Positions 1 through 11,702 of a DNA stretch of 64,000 nt are shown here, in pieces. Source of the stretch: Elsinoe ampelina (Eukaryota); the NCBI GenBank assembly GCA_010093995.1, contig ML992506.1, positions 1-64,000 on the forward strand, read 5' to 3'. The notes beneath the pieces were generated by a model. It was not told the DNA's origin. It made no database searches and saw nothing but the letters and a program-made list of their open reading frames with translations. The stretch's first letter is position 1. Each line of letters begins with the position of its first letter. The translations under genes and the position numbers were made by a program.

Positions 1-84
1 ATTAGAATCTAGGAAAATACCCTAACCCTGCTCTAGTAAAACCATTGGAATGTACCCTTCCTCCTAAGACATATAGTGTCCAGG
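1..84 (+). repeat. Direct repeat copy 1 (may extend left of the window)
   Basis: attagaatctaggaaaatac...atatagtgtccagg matches 1117-1200 at 77/84; all 7 differences are C>T or G>A. Confidence 0.9.
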
Positions 85-1116
85 GACTAGATAAGGATCT
101 AGCTATAATAGGGCAAACTTACTATAATAAAGGTAATAAGAAGAGAAAGGAAGAAAGCTAGAGAGAATAAAAGAGATATATAAGATCTATAAGTTATACT
201 AGGTAGCTAGGCATATAAAACAAAGAGTAATATAATAATAAAGGAGTATATAAATATAGCATATAAAAGGTCTAGGTTATAATTCCTAGAGACTTAGGAT
301 ATACTAACTAACGCCTAGCTACTAGGGGCTAAACTAGGAATGCTTACTAATAATTCCTTATAAAAGTTTATTATTGCCTAGAGTAATATAACAATAGGTA
401 ATACAATAAGAATAATAGCCTAAACCTTTAAGTAGATAGACTTATAATTATAGCTCTATACTCTAGCGGAACTATAAGCCCTTAAGAATTCTATTCTAAC
501 TCCTGCCGATATAATATACTTACTAGATCTAAATCTAGTATTATAAAAAGCTATTAAATATTAATCTAGCTATCCTAAGAACCCTAGACTCTAGAAAATA
601 ATAGAGAAATACTAAGAGGTAGTTAGAAAAGATAAAGACAAAAAAGGAAATAGGTATTTCTACTAAAGATCCTAGTTGTCTATTATTTAATCAAGAATTA
701 TAGGCTCTAGGATTTCCCTAATAACTCTAAGAGCAATATCTATATATATAATCTAAGTACTATAGAGTTATCTATAATTCTTAGACCTTCTATTTACTAG
801 GAAATTTATTCTACTTTAATATGTATTCTATGTCTATCTACTAGTCTACCTAGGCCTCTCTAAATTTGTAGGGATATTCTAGAGTTTCTAACTGTTAGGA
901 GTAAAGCTACTAAGACCTCTACTCTATATTTTCTTAGGAACTTTAAAAGATTTTTAGGATAGTCTTAGTATACTATAACCTAGATTCTAGGAGTAATACT
1001 CGATAATTCTAGATGATACTAAGTATTATAGAGGACCTAGGTAATATAAGTAATCTCTAAAAAATTTAAAGGGAAAAAATCTTAAGAAGTTCTAAAGAAT
1101 AAAGGTTAGAAATTCT

Positions 1117-1200
1117 ATTAGAATCTAGGAAAATACTCTAACCCTGCTCTAGTAAAACTATTAGAATATACCTTTTCTCCTAAGACATATAGTGTCTAGG
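1117..1200 (+). repeat. Direct repeat copy 2 (possible LTR remnant)
   Basis: More heavily RIP-mutated copy of 1-84, preceded by a purine tract (aaagggaaaaaa, ~1068-1079). Confidence 0.9.
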
Positions 1201-2224
1201 ATATAGCGTTAACTAGAAACGCTAATATCTTAGTTAATTAATATTAGATTTAGATAATTTTTACTATATTCTATAAGAAAAGAAGTAGATTTAATATAGT
1301 AAAAATTTAGTTTAGATAGGATTTATTTTCGTTATGTAATTACTATTTACTACTAATTTAGACATATATATTAAGGTAGCTATATACTAAATGTACTTTT
1401 TACTCTAACTCTATCTTATCTTTATCTACTCGGAAGAGTAGTCTAAAGAGTAAGTAACTATCCTTACTAGAAATACGTTTCTATAGAAGAGTATATACTT
1501 TAATTTAACACTTATTATTGCCTACTACCTTTACTCCGGCTAGGTAATAGAAACAAGAGTAGTATTAGAGATTAGAGTTCTAGTAAATTAAAGAGTATTT
1601 AGGCTACTCTATACTACTAGGAGGTAGAGTAAGAGAGGTAACTCTAGTACCTTAAGAGTATATATAATATCTATATTAAATATACTAAATAAAACTTCTA
1701 ACTCTAATATTGCTAATACGCTAGAGTTCTAGATAGATAGCTATCTAAAGTCTTCTATCTATTAAGTAGTTATACTACCTGCCGACTAAGTCTATCTAGA
1801 CTAGCTTAGGCTCTTATACTTCGCTTAACTCGCTTATAATCTGTCTCTAAAGACTTTAGATAGTTCTTTATTAGGAGGCTTAGACTAAATAGTAATAAGA
1901 AGATAGCTAAGATTAATACTAGAGAATAGGTCCGAAAGAGAGTTATAAACAACTTATTGCCCTTTAAGCCTAATAGAATCTAAGCAGTAATTAGAGGACT
2001 AATAGCACTAAGATATAACTAAGTTATTATAGAGGCAAGGTCCGTAGACAAATTATAAACCGGCAAAGACCCTAGTAACTATATAGGCCACCCTTCTAGC
2101 GTACTATATTTCTAGCATAGAGAACATAATATAATAAAGAGTGTTTAGATTCTATACCGTTCGAGATTTTCGGCTAATTCGATGCGTGATTAGCTTACTT
2201 AGACCCTGTATATGTCTTGTTCGA

Positions 2225-3481
2225 TTATCGATAGGATAGCCACTGATATTCTAGTAGTTGAAGCTTCTTGTCCGTTATGCCTAACCACGCTACTGCCCGC
2301 GTAGTGACCTTGTCAATCCGAAGCCCTATGACAATCCGTAGCGCAGTGTTGCGTAAACCAATACCCCACTGTGTCTGTGGATTCAACAGCTGCATAGCTA
2401 TATCGTCACTCTGTTGCGATTTTGCGAATGGCAACATGGTATCCTCGTATCGCTGGAGCGCCGAGGTAAGATCGTTCGGGTCCTTGAGCAATTCTCCAGC
2501 CAGGATATAGCCACCCATGATGGCGAGACTGGTACCAAGACCCGGCACAGCATACCCGGCATCGCCTAACAGAACGACCCGTCCTTTGAACAGGTTCGGA
2601 ACCCTCGTCTGTGCAAATAGCGAGCAGTAGAAGTCGTCGCTTTCCCTCATGCCTTGTAGTACTTCCGGGGACACCCAGCCAGCGTCACGGAATTGATCAT
2701 CCATGAGATCCATGTAAGCGTCTTTCCCACCTTCCAAAGCTGCATCCAGCCTATTTCCCTCAATAGTGTCGCTTCTCCATCGTACATTCATCAGATTGGC
2801 TCTGACTCGTCCCGCTGGATGAGGGTCGGGGCGGAGGAATACGACACGGCCTCCCGGCGCGTTGTACCACTTCGCCAGCTTCGATTGCCCCAGAAGATTC
2901 GACTTCATGGTGAAGTAAGCGACATGTACGCCTTCGTCAAAGACTTGCTCACGAGATGGCCGACCCAGCATCTGGCTACGGATCTTGGAACCCATGCCAT
3001 CAGCAGCAACGAGGAGGTCGTACCGTTTCGTCTCCCCACTCTTTGAGAAGGTGACAGTCACTCCATCTTCCGTGTCCTTGAATTCGTTGACAAAGTCATC
3101 GAAAATGAGCTGAACCCGGTCCTGGATCGGTTGCATGAAGATTTTGGCAAGTTCGCCGCGGAAGATCTCATACTCTGATGTAATTGACTGAACGTCCGTC
3201 CTCCCTGTCGCTTCGAGCGTGGCGATTGGGCTACCGTCCGATGCAACATATTGTATACCGGATGCATTGGTGCCACGATTGCGAATCTCCTGTTCGACGC
3301 CCATCTTCTCAATGATGTCGACGGCCGAATTGCGGATGTCAACACTTGCTCCGGTCATTCGGAGTGCTGTGGCGCGTTCGACGATAGTTATTTGTGCATT
3401 GCTGTACGCCCGTAGTAGCCATGAAGCAAAGACACTACCAGCGATACCAGATCCGGAGATGAGTATATTGAGGGGCGGCAT
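2225..3481 (-). CDS. FAD-dependent monooxygenase (FAD_binding_3/UbiH-like), intronless, 418 aa
   Basis: N-terminal ISGSGIAG Rossmann motif, LLVAADG (DG motif) and VVLLGDAGY (GD motif). Confidence 0.9.
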   Translation of the reverse strand: MPPLNILISGSGIAGSVFASWLLRAYSNAQITIVERATALRMTGASVDIRNSAVDIIEKMGVEQEIRNRGTNASGIQYVASDGSPIATLEATGRTDVQSITSEYEIFRGELAKIFMQPIQDRVQLIFDDFVNEFKDTEDGVTVTFSKSGETKRYDLLVAADGMGSKIRSQMLGRPSREQVFDEGVHVAYFTMKSNLLGQSKLAKWYNAPGGRVVFLRPDPHPAGRVRANLMNVRWRSDTIEGNRLDAALEGGKDAYMDLMDDQFRDAGWVSPEVLQGMRESDDFYCSLFAQTRVPNLFKGRVVLLGDAGYAVPGLGTSLAIMGGYILAGELLKDPNDLTSALQRYEDTMLPFAKSQQSDDIAMQLLNPQTQWGIGLRNTALRIVIGLRIDKVTTRAVAWLGITDKKLQLLEYQWLSYR

Positions 3482-3998
3482 AGTAGTAGTGGTTGGACGA
3501 GTCTGAGAAGAGTGCTTGATGTCAAATGGTCGTTCAATGTTCTCCAGTGCACAGAGATGCTGGGGGATGAGCGATGCAGCGCATCTCTCTTTGTATATTG
3601 ATCACATTGTGAGGCCGTGGTAGGAGCATGTTGAGTTCGGCCGGTGACAGAGTGTTGACCCGAATCTCGGGTCTGTCGTCAGGCTCGGCCGACATCGCCC
3701 GAAACAATCAGCAGAAATTGCATATGATTGTATCAAACTTGCTCGCGGTGACTGTTCAATGCATATGCTCTCGCTTTAGTGTCTGGGGGAAGCACACATC
3801 CATCGCCATGCTACATGACAAAATCCCTGCTTGGACCTTAGTTTTCTGCGATATGTAGCCGCCGGTTCCAGAGAAATTAGGTCGGCGACCTCGGGGACCT
3901 CAAACCAGCGATTCACGCCCAACAACACCGCCCCGTCTCTGACACTTCGAACACTTTGATCGATATCACTTGTGCAATGCCTCTTCCAGCTAAGTAGC

Positions 3999-5675
3999 AT
4001 GGCTGCTGCACAATCACCGTCGGATACACCAGCTGTGGCTTGTCTAGCATGCCGCAATCGACACAGCAGATGTGACGCCGGACGTCCCCGATGTGCCCGA
4101 TGCACAAAAGACCACAGAGAGTGCATCTACGTTGCTTCCCGTAGAGGATACAGAGGACCCAACCGCCCTAGCCGTATACCAGGACCGCCGTCTGAGCAAC
4201 TTGTACCATCCACTATATCATCATCCATCGAAGGTAGCTCTCCGCCGCCACAACCTGTTCACAGTCATGTCTTCACCCCGCCCACCTCTATCGAATCAGA
4301 TGGTCACAGCTACCTGTCCAGGTCTCTATCATCTACGCCTCCAAAGTCCGAGGAGCAACGGCACATCGATCTCTTCTACAGATACTTCTACCGTTCCCAC
4401 CCTTTCCTTCTGCCACAGCATCTCCTGCACCTGCGTCCCTTAAAGTCATGCTTGCATGATGTTGTCGTCCTAGTCGGGGCCAGCCTTTGCGTGGAACATC
4501 ACGGATATGACTTTGGTCCGATCAAAGTCAAGCTTGATCTTTGTGACGAGCAGCAAGTGGAAACGGTGCAAGCTCGTCTCATATTGAGCATCTTATTGCA
4601 TGCTCATGGCAAGTCCAAGTGCGCTCTGGATCACTTAACCAAGGCCATTGAGCTGGCTCTACAATTGAACATGCATCACGAGTGGTTCGCTGCCAGTCAA
4701 GCCAATCCTCCGCTCGCCGAAAGCTGCAGAAGGACGTGGTGGGAGTTATTCTCTGTCGACGCATTCCTGGCGGGCTTCCACCATCAGCCGACATTTCAGA
4801 CGAACATGGTCTCCGCCGATACTCTGCTCCCATGCGAGGATGGTGCATACATCTCTGGTGTCCCCAAAGCAAGCAACTTGTCCTACCAGCACCTCCGGCG
4901 CAGAGCTTTCCTGGACGAAGACAAGTTCAGTTCTTATGCGCTGCGCATCGAGGCCGTTGGGATCCTGGGTCGTGTCCTTGCCGCCAACGATCCAGATGTC
5001 ACCACAGACCTGGATAGCTTTAGAGGCTTGGACGGTTTGCTTTCTACTTGGACAACAAGCCTACCAGACAGCAAGACCGATATAATCGGCATTGACGGCA
5101 GTTGTGACGAGCTGATCTTCCAAGCTCAGATGATCGCCCTCATGGCCGCCATCTACCTACATCTTCCCCGAAGTGGTATCTTCAGCTTTCGATCCTCTTC
5201 GGACGTCGCCTGTGCAAAAGCGAATGAGCAGGCCACGCCGTTCGTGTCCCTCAACTCGCACGCCAACAAAGCCATGACTGCCGCAAAACAGCTGTCCACA
5301 CTTGCTTCACTCGACGTTGCTGAACGAAGAAGAACTCCATTCTTCATCTGCTCGCTTGTGCTCATATCCATTGTCCACCTCTCTGCAGTGGCCGCGCAGC
5401 CCGACGATGCCCCGGAATGGCAAACGGATCGTATCAGTCAAGCCTTGGGTCTGCTCAAGGCCGAATCGAGGACGTGGCCATTGGCGGCGAATGCGCATGC
5501 GCAACTTCGCAAAGTCGCTTCTGCTGCTGCACGCCCAAGCTCCATCATGCAGCCAATTCCGGACTTTGACCAGGTGCCGGCTCTGGATTTTGATGCCTTG
5601 ATGTCTGAGATGTGGTGGTCAGATGCGCTCAACTGTCCATGGAACCAGACAGGCCTGGGTTCTGCTCAAGGCTAA
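3999..5675 (+). CDS. Zn(II)2Cys6 transcription factor with fungal-specific middle homology region
   Basis: ACLACRNRHSRCDAGRPRCARCTKDHRECIY binuclear cluster and ESCRRTWWELF MHR motif. First in-frame ATG is at 3999. Confidence 0.92.
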   Translation: MAAAQSPSDTPAVACLACRNRHSRCDAGRPRCARCTKDHRECIYVASRRGYRGPNRPSRIPGPPSEQLVPSTISSSIEGSSPPPQPVHSHVFTPPTSIESDGHSYLSRSLSSTPPKSEEQRHIDLFYRYFYRSHPFLLPQHLLHLRPLKSCLHDVVVLVGASLCVEHHGYDFGPIKVKLDLCDEQQVETVQARLILSILLHAHGKSKCALDHLTKAIELALQLNMHHEWFAASQANPPLAESCRRTWWELFSVDAFLAGFHHQPTFQTNMVSADTLLPCEDGAYISGVPKASNLSYQHLRRRAFLDEDKFSSYALRIEAVGILGRVLAANDPDVTTDLDSFRGLDGLLSTWTTSLPDSKTDIIGIDGSCDELIFQAQMIALMAAIYLHLPRSGIFSFRSSSDVACAKANEQATPFVSLNSHANKAMTAAKQLSTLASLDVAERRRTPFFICSLVLISIVHLSAVAAQPDDAPEWQTDRISQALGLLKAESRTWPLAANAHAQLRKVASAAARPSSIMQPIPDFDQVPALDFDALMSEMWWSDALNCPWNQTGLGSAQG

Positions 5676-6243
5676 ACCCAGCACCTAGCAGCAAATAGCA
5701 GGTGTATATACCTGGTATGCAATACTCCAGGTCTGGTACAATCGCGCTTGATGGAGGCAGTTTATCGACCGATCAAGCACATCCTCGGATTTTTTTGGCT
5801 GGACTTTACACCTACTCTCATTTATGATCGGTTCCCCTTCCGGCCTTCACGATCAAAGATCAGCGTTTCATGTAAAGCTTGAAAATGATTAGCAGAACAT
5901 GTGACCCTTCTACCATGGTCTCGGTCTGCAATTGAGCCGCCACGGAACTGTTCCGGTCTGTAAACGCCCCGGAGCTACACTGCTAAGATTCATGCTATTC
6001 TCTCACGCCCAGCCACCGGCAATTCCTATCGCTCCACCCATACTCCGTCAACTCAATGTGGCTTAATGATCACGACGGTCCGCACTCGGGCGCGCTTTCG
6101 ACACACCAGACGGCAAGGATGAAGGGTGCGGTGATATTTACCACAATCTTCATCCGACGATGCGGTAGGTATATTATTCCCTGCCAGGATGCACAGAATG
6201 AAGACACCCTCGAACATTGCCTTTGTCTGGACACATTCTCAAC

Positions 6244-7036
6244 ATGAAGTGCAACCCTGTTCTCTTGGCCGCGTTGGCCGTCGGCGCCGCCGGTCATGCT
6301 ATTATGCAGAAACTCTCCGTCAATGGCGCTGACCAAGGTGCACTCAAGGGCATTCGGGCGCCATACTCGAACAACCCGATACAAAGCGTCGATGACTCGG
6401 CTTTCGCCTGCAACAAAGATCTTTCGATCAAGGACAACAATGTGATCACCATTCCTGCAGGTGCACGGGTCGGTGCCTGGTGGGGCCATGTCATCGGAGG
6501 TGCTCAGAGCGCAAATGATGCCGACAATCCAATCGCAAAGAGCCACAAGGGTCAGTATCGCACCCACATCATCAAGTCTCGAACACCGTAGACTGAACAT
6601 CGCAGGCCCCATCTCGTACTGGCTGGCCAAGGTCAGCGATGCGAAGACCACTGGTACCTCTGGCTTGCAGTGGTTCAAGATTGCTCATGACGGCCTCTCC
6701 GGCGGTCAGTGGGCTGTCGATCGGATGATCTCTGGCGGTGGATGGCACTATTTCACCATGCCGACTTGTGTTGCGCCTGGGAACTATCTGCTCCGAGTCG
6801 AGCTACTCGCCCTTCACAGCGCCAATACCCAAGGTCAGGCCCAGTTCTACATGGAGTGTGCGCAGATCGCTGTGACAGGCTCTGGCAGCAGTCAAGGTGG
6901 AACAAAGGTCAGCTTTCCTGGCGCTTACAAGTCCAACGATCCGGGCATTCTCCTCAGCATTTATGGCAATGACGGACAACCATATATGAGTGGTAGGACC
7001 TACACCATCCCGGGTCCAGCCCCATTGACTTGTTAG
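6244..7036 (+). CDS. AA9 (GH61) lytic polysaccharide monooxygenase, secreted; intron 6551-6605
   Basis: Signal peptide followed by N-terminal His (AAG|HAIMQ). Splicing restores SHKGPI. Also [29 protein letters not shown] and VSFPGAY. No CBM. Confidence 0.95.
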
Positions 7037-7092
7037 ACAAGTTTTGGGGTAGTCAGATTGGAATATCAATTGCCATCGGGCCTTGAATCTAA

Positions 7093-8064
7093 CTATAATC
7101 CTATGGTTTTCCAGAAGTCTACAATATGGATTGCCACCTCTTCTGCCTTTTGTCTGACCACACCATGTCCTACACTATCAATGACCTTGACATTTTTGAA
7201 ACCGATCTCTTCTACATCCTTCTTCGAACAAACTTGGTCCTCTTCTCCTAGGACTACCACTGTCTTGGTGCCTTGCCGTGCCACCTCCCTAAATACATGA
7301 TGCTTGTCACTCACTCCACCATCCCTGAATATGGCCACAACACTCCCCTCATGTCCTTTGTGCTCGACCATCTGCCACTCCCTGACCTTCTCCGCAACCA
7401 CCTCTCCCCTAGTCACCCTTTCCTGCCAATCGCCGGGCACAATCAGCTTGCCGCCTTCCAGAAAGTCCAAAGCCCAATCTCTCGCCGCACCTTCTCCCTT
7501 GCCACCATCGAGGATCTCGTTGGCCTCTTGTCCCCATGAAGCCGAACGCATTAGCCCCGCAGGTGCGACAAGAGAGAGGCTCAGTACCCGCTCTCGGTGA
7601 CGAGCTGTGAAAGATGCAGCAGCGGAGCAGCCAAAGGAGAAGGTGACAATGTGAGCTGATGGCCACGAGAGATGAGAGAGCAAAGAGTCCACCTGACTGA
7701 CAAAGAGGTTGGGCTCATGGGCTTGGACCGGAGTTGAAGACAGTCCATGACCCCACCAGTCCAGTAGAACGAAGTGAGCGTCAGGAAGCGAGGTGCGAAG
7801 GGCTCTGGTAAGTGGTATCAGACCAATGGCTGGTGTCTGTACGCCATGCAGCAGCAGAATTCGAGGCTTCGAAGGATTGTCACCGGCAGGAGGTACGGAA
7901 TAGTAAGCAAAAGTACCAGACGGAATTGTGAGGTATTGAGCTTTGGGGAGAAGACTGCCGAATATCGAGACGAAGGAGGATTCTGTTGGAGCAGGTATCG
8001 AGGTCGGAGGTGACGTCGGGTCGGCACCTGGTCTAGGTAGGACCAACAGCTCTTCTGTGGGCAT
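7093..8064 (-). CDS. alpha/beta-hydrolase fold protein
   Basis: LLLHGVQTP, DWWGHGLS, nucleophile elbow TFSFG, VVLGEEDQV acid and VGHG His. Likely start is MPTEE at 8064. Confidence 0.85.
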   Translation of the reverse strand: MPTEELLVLPRPGADPTSPPTSIPAPTESSFVSIFGSLLPKAQYLTIPSGTFAYYSVPPAGDNPSKPRILLLHGVQTPAIGLIPLTRALRTSLPDAHFVLLDWWGHGLSSTPVQAHEPNLFVSQVDSLLSHLSWPSAHIVTFSFGCSAAASFTARHRERVLSLSLVAPAGLMRSASWGQEANEILDGGKGEGAARDWALDFLEGGKLIVPGDWQERVTRGEVVAEKVREWQMVEHKGHEGSVVAIFRDGGVSDKHHVFREVARQGTKTVVVLGEEDQVCSKKDVEEIGFKNVKVIDSVGHGVVRQKAEEVAIHIVDFWKTIGL

Positions 8065-8450
8065 GGTGCGAGACTTGGGTGAACAAAGATGAGAAGGAAA
8101 CCAGATCTGTGAGTTGTTCACGAAGCGGACCACTGGACGATGCACATCACACCATATTTCTTGACCACGGGCAAGAACGGAGAGCGGCCGAACTCAAACG
8201 CTATACCCGTGATTTTTCGAGGATGGAGGATGCAAGTACGGAGTTTGAGATGAAGCAATGTGTTTGGGGATTCATTCATGTAAGCCATCTAAAAGGTTCC
8301 GCCCAAAATGCCATAAATCATGTCTCATCGCCAATGTGGCAAGAGGGAAGTGGTATCTAGCGACGCGCACAAAACAACAAATCATGCATCCCTCGTCAAT
8401 ACCAAAAGAGGTCAAGCGCATCATGATCATGCTCATCCAGGCACGGCACA

Positions 8451-10668
8451 CTATGCCCAGTTGCCCTGTTGCTGATAGTTCTGACCACCCATACTCATGC
8501 CCGTGTCGAAGCCCATGTCGTTATCACTCATTTCGAATTCGCTTCCACCAGAAGCATCAAAGCTGCTCCTGCCACCATAATCGCCTTCGTCGACCACTCC
8601 CATGTTGCCGGTGAGAGGGGCGCCAAAGTCGAAACCGGCCAGATCGGGGTACATCTGAAGCAAGACAGCCGGCAGTTGTGGAGCAACGGGCATTTCGGTA
8701 AGAGGGTTGGGGGCGATGAAGCCCTGCTGACTCTGAAGTTGTCGTTGTCTCTGTTCTTCCATCCAAGTCTTTCTTCTCTCTTCTGCTTCTTCATCCAGGA
8801 GTGGCTTTATGCATTCGCGTCCTGCTTCGGATCGGAAGTGTCGACCAAGAGCATCAGCTCGGGCGAAGCGTCGTCCACAACCCCATGTTGAGCCAGTCTT
8901 CAGCTGACCCTTGCAGACAAACTTCTTCTCGCCAGAGTGCAGACCTTCATGGCGCTTCCGGTCGTGCTGCCGAGCGAATGCCTTGCCGCAGACGGTGCAG
9001 ACGAATGGTCGCTCATCGGTATGAGTGCGAAGATGTGATCGGAGATTATAGGCGCGTGTGAAGCGTTTGGGGCAAAGGTGGCATTGGAAGGTAGCTGGAT
9101 GCTTCTGGCGCTTCTGGTCGCCGCCAGGCCCAGCTGTCGCTCGATCCGGATCGGCAAGGTCAATTAGGTACTGCCGCGAGTCGGATGCTGCTGAATTGCT
9201 ACGGTTGCGGCCAGCCGGAGAGGGCGAGCGAGAGGCAGGAAGCTGTATCGCAGCAGGAGAAAGCTGAGATTGGCCGTTCAGACTAGGCTGCAAAGAGGGA
9301 CTTCGACCACGAGAAGGAGGAGCACCCGGACTCGAAGAGCGAGAGCCGGAGTAGGGATCTGACTTTGCGCGTTTTCTTCTCACTGGTAACATGTCAGCTG
9401 GGCTAGGCTCTTGCGGTAGGCATGTACTCACTCGCGTCGGGGGGAGCAAGCTCGTTGCTGGAGCCTGCTCTGGCGCGCGGACCGAATGATGGTTGGCGCG
9501 AAGGAGGCGCAAAGTCGATGTTGATCTCCGGAGGAGACATGGCGTCGGCCTGGCCTTCGGGAGAGACCACATCGGTATGAAAGGTCGGAAAAGCGTTTGG
9601 GTCGAATGTGCCGAGGTTGGGAAAGTTGTTGAAGTTGTTGTCATGCTGCTGGTATTGCATGTTCATGTCCGTGTTGAGACCGAAGTTGTCGTTGGAAGTG
9701 AATTGAGGGAGTGGTTGTTGCTGCTGAGCAGGTATGCGCGGGGAATTGTGCAGGCTGTGTACCGGGCTGATGTGGTCGTTCGGATTCAGACCTGGCTCGT
9801 TGAGACTGAATTGGTTCATCATGCCAAGCTCGTTGAAGAGAGGAGTATCATTCTGCGCGCCCAACATGGGCGACACGTGGGTGCTACTCTGGTCGAACGA
9901 GTCCAATGTGTTCATGTATGGGGACGCCTGATTCGAATGCGACGAGTATTCCGACAGCGCGTCCGAGGGCTTTCTTCTGTGGTTCCTAAACGCAGCTCCT
10001 GATCCCCAATCGCCGCCCATGTATCCTTGTGGGAATGCTGCGCTCAATGGATCAAGCGATTCTGATGTGTTTCTCGGACGACCGAATTGCGCTTGCTGCG
10101 CGTTCTGCGGAGAGGGCGAGTGTCGCGGACTCGGGCTGTGCGAGGATACGGCCGTGTTTGTGTTGAGGAGATGCGGAGGAGTAGGCGAATGACCCTGCAT
10201 GGCGGCCATGTTGTCGAGGGTGAGGTTATTGGGATCGAGAGTGTTCGGATGATTCTGGAGGAGGGAAGGGTCGAGCGATTGGTTGTAGCCAAAGGATGCG
10301 TAGTCTGCCTGGTTGTTCGCCTGCTGTAGCCCATGCGCACTGAGGCCGCTATGTTGCGGGGAGATGTTGTTGAAGCCAAAGTCGTTGCTGGAGTTTGAAT
10401 GCTGGAGGTGAAGCTGACCTGATCCGAGGCCGTTGACGGAGGGATCGAGACTGTATAGCTGCGCGCCTTGGTCGAGGTTGAAATTGGGATCGCTTTGGTC
10501 CAGACCGGAGTCGTAGCTGTCGGTGCTGAACTCTTGATGGAGGGAGGGGACTGTGTTGAGGTTGTCGAATGATAAGCTGGGATCTTGCGATTGCGACAGG
10601 GAGTGGGAGGAAGTGTTCTTTAATGACATGCCATGTCCTGGCGAGGGCGAATGGCCGGTCGTGTTCAT
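8451..10668 (-). CDS. crzA: Calcineurin-responsive C2H2 zinc-finger transcription factor CrzA/Crz1; intron 9383-9431
   Basis: [51 protein letters not shown] fingers, plus [15 protein letters not shown] and a PxIxIT-like docking site PEINID. A GTGAGT..CAG intron joins the two ORFs ([14 protein letters not shown]). Confidence 0.93.
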
Positions 10669-11702
10669 AGCGATCGAGCGGTAGAGGTAGGCAGTGAGGA
10701 CGGAAGGAGGGTATTCTTAGATCTCGGGGTGAGTTGAAGATGATGTCGGGCGAGAGAGCGCGGTGCGCGCAAGGACCATGCTCTTCCAGAAAGATGCCGG
10801 CCACGCGAATCAGGTAGACTCCTGATCAGAAACAAGGGCCGGCTCGTTAGAGGTTGCCGTGAGGGCGCGTCAGGTGTCGGAGGTGAAGAAGGTGGAAACG
10901 GTATAGCGAGGCGCAGCAGGGGAAAGAAAGCAAGCGATTATAGTCGTGACCACCTCAGAAAGAGCCAAAGAGGGACCAAAAGAGGTGAAGGTGGGAAATC
11001 AGCCGCTGCCGAAACCTTGACAAGTCCGAGGGAGCAGAGCCGCCTGTTCTTGCTGGTTCAGAGTACGGTGATGTAAAGTGAGTAGTGAATCAAGTGAGAT
11101 TGATGTCGCCAAATGAGAGGTTCACGCTTCACAGGTTTCTGCGCATCCGCCCGGGCGCTTCTTGGCTGGACCGAAAGTCACTGATATTGCTAGAGTACTA
11201 CTGAGCGACAAATGGATTGCCAAAAGGCGACAAAGGTGTGTGATCTCACAATTCCTCACCATCTATTGACCAAACAGCACTGCCTGCCGCCAGAGTTGTC
11301 GTTCTCACGTATGCGCTTCAGTTGTTATGCCAGAGATGAAACGATTGTATTTTGTGGCGTCATGGCCTGGTATGGACAATTGCTGCGCCTTCTGATGGCA
11401 TTCTTCTGACAAGTGGTTGTCGTCTAAAGTTGAACCTCCTCCTCGACGATCAGGCTTGTTTCCTTCTTGCTTTTGCGGGTTTCAAGGCACGAGCAGGTGG
11501 TTGAAGCGTCTATACACGGTTTGCACAGCCTCAAGCCATCGACTTCACAGCCCGCAAGACTGTTGTGCATCATTCAAGCATCATCAACGAGTCTTGTCAT
11601 CTGATCTGATCGTCAGGCACCCTCGCTAGATACTGCCGATACTTCCAAAAATCATGCAACAGCTCATGGGATACTGTATCTACAAATATCTCTGACGCTG
11701 CA

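Larger units (their letters stand above)
1..2200. mobile_element. RIP-degraded repeat/transposon relic (AT-rich block)
   Basis: Strong AT bias, with TpA excess (tag/cta/tata throughout) and near absence of CpA/TpG. No ORF >=60 aa. GC returns to genic levels around 2200-2400. Element family is not identifiable. Confidence 0.85.

Noticed and set aside
20..29. ccctaaccct telomere-like motif
   Set aside because: Under two units, embedded in the RIP repeat; not a telomeric array.
188..235. Possible deRIPped gag CCHC zinc knuckle (C-x2-C-x4-H)
   Set aside because: The final Cys is not recoverable in frame, so it is too ambiguous to assign an element family.
6070..6678. 202-aa ORF antisense to the LPMO, and many similar shadow ORFs across the track
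   Set aside because: They overlap well-supported genes on the other strand or frame and have no motifs; expected in GC-rich coding DNA.
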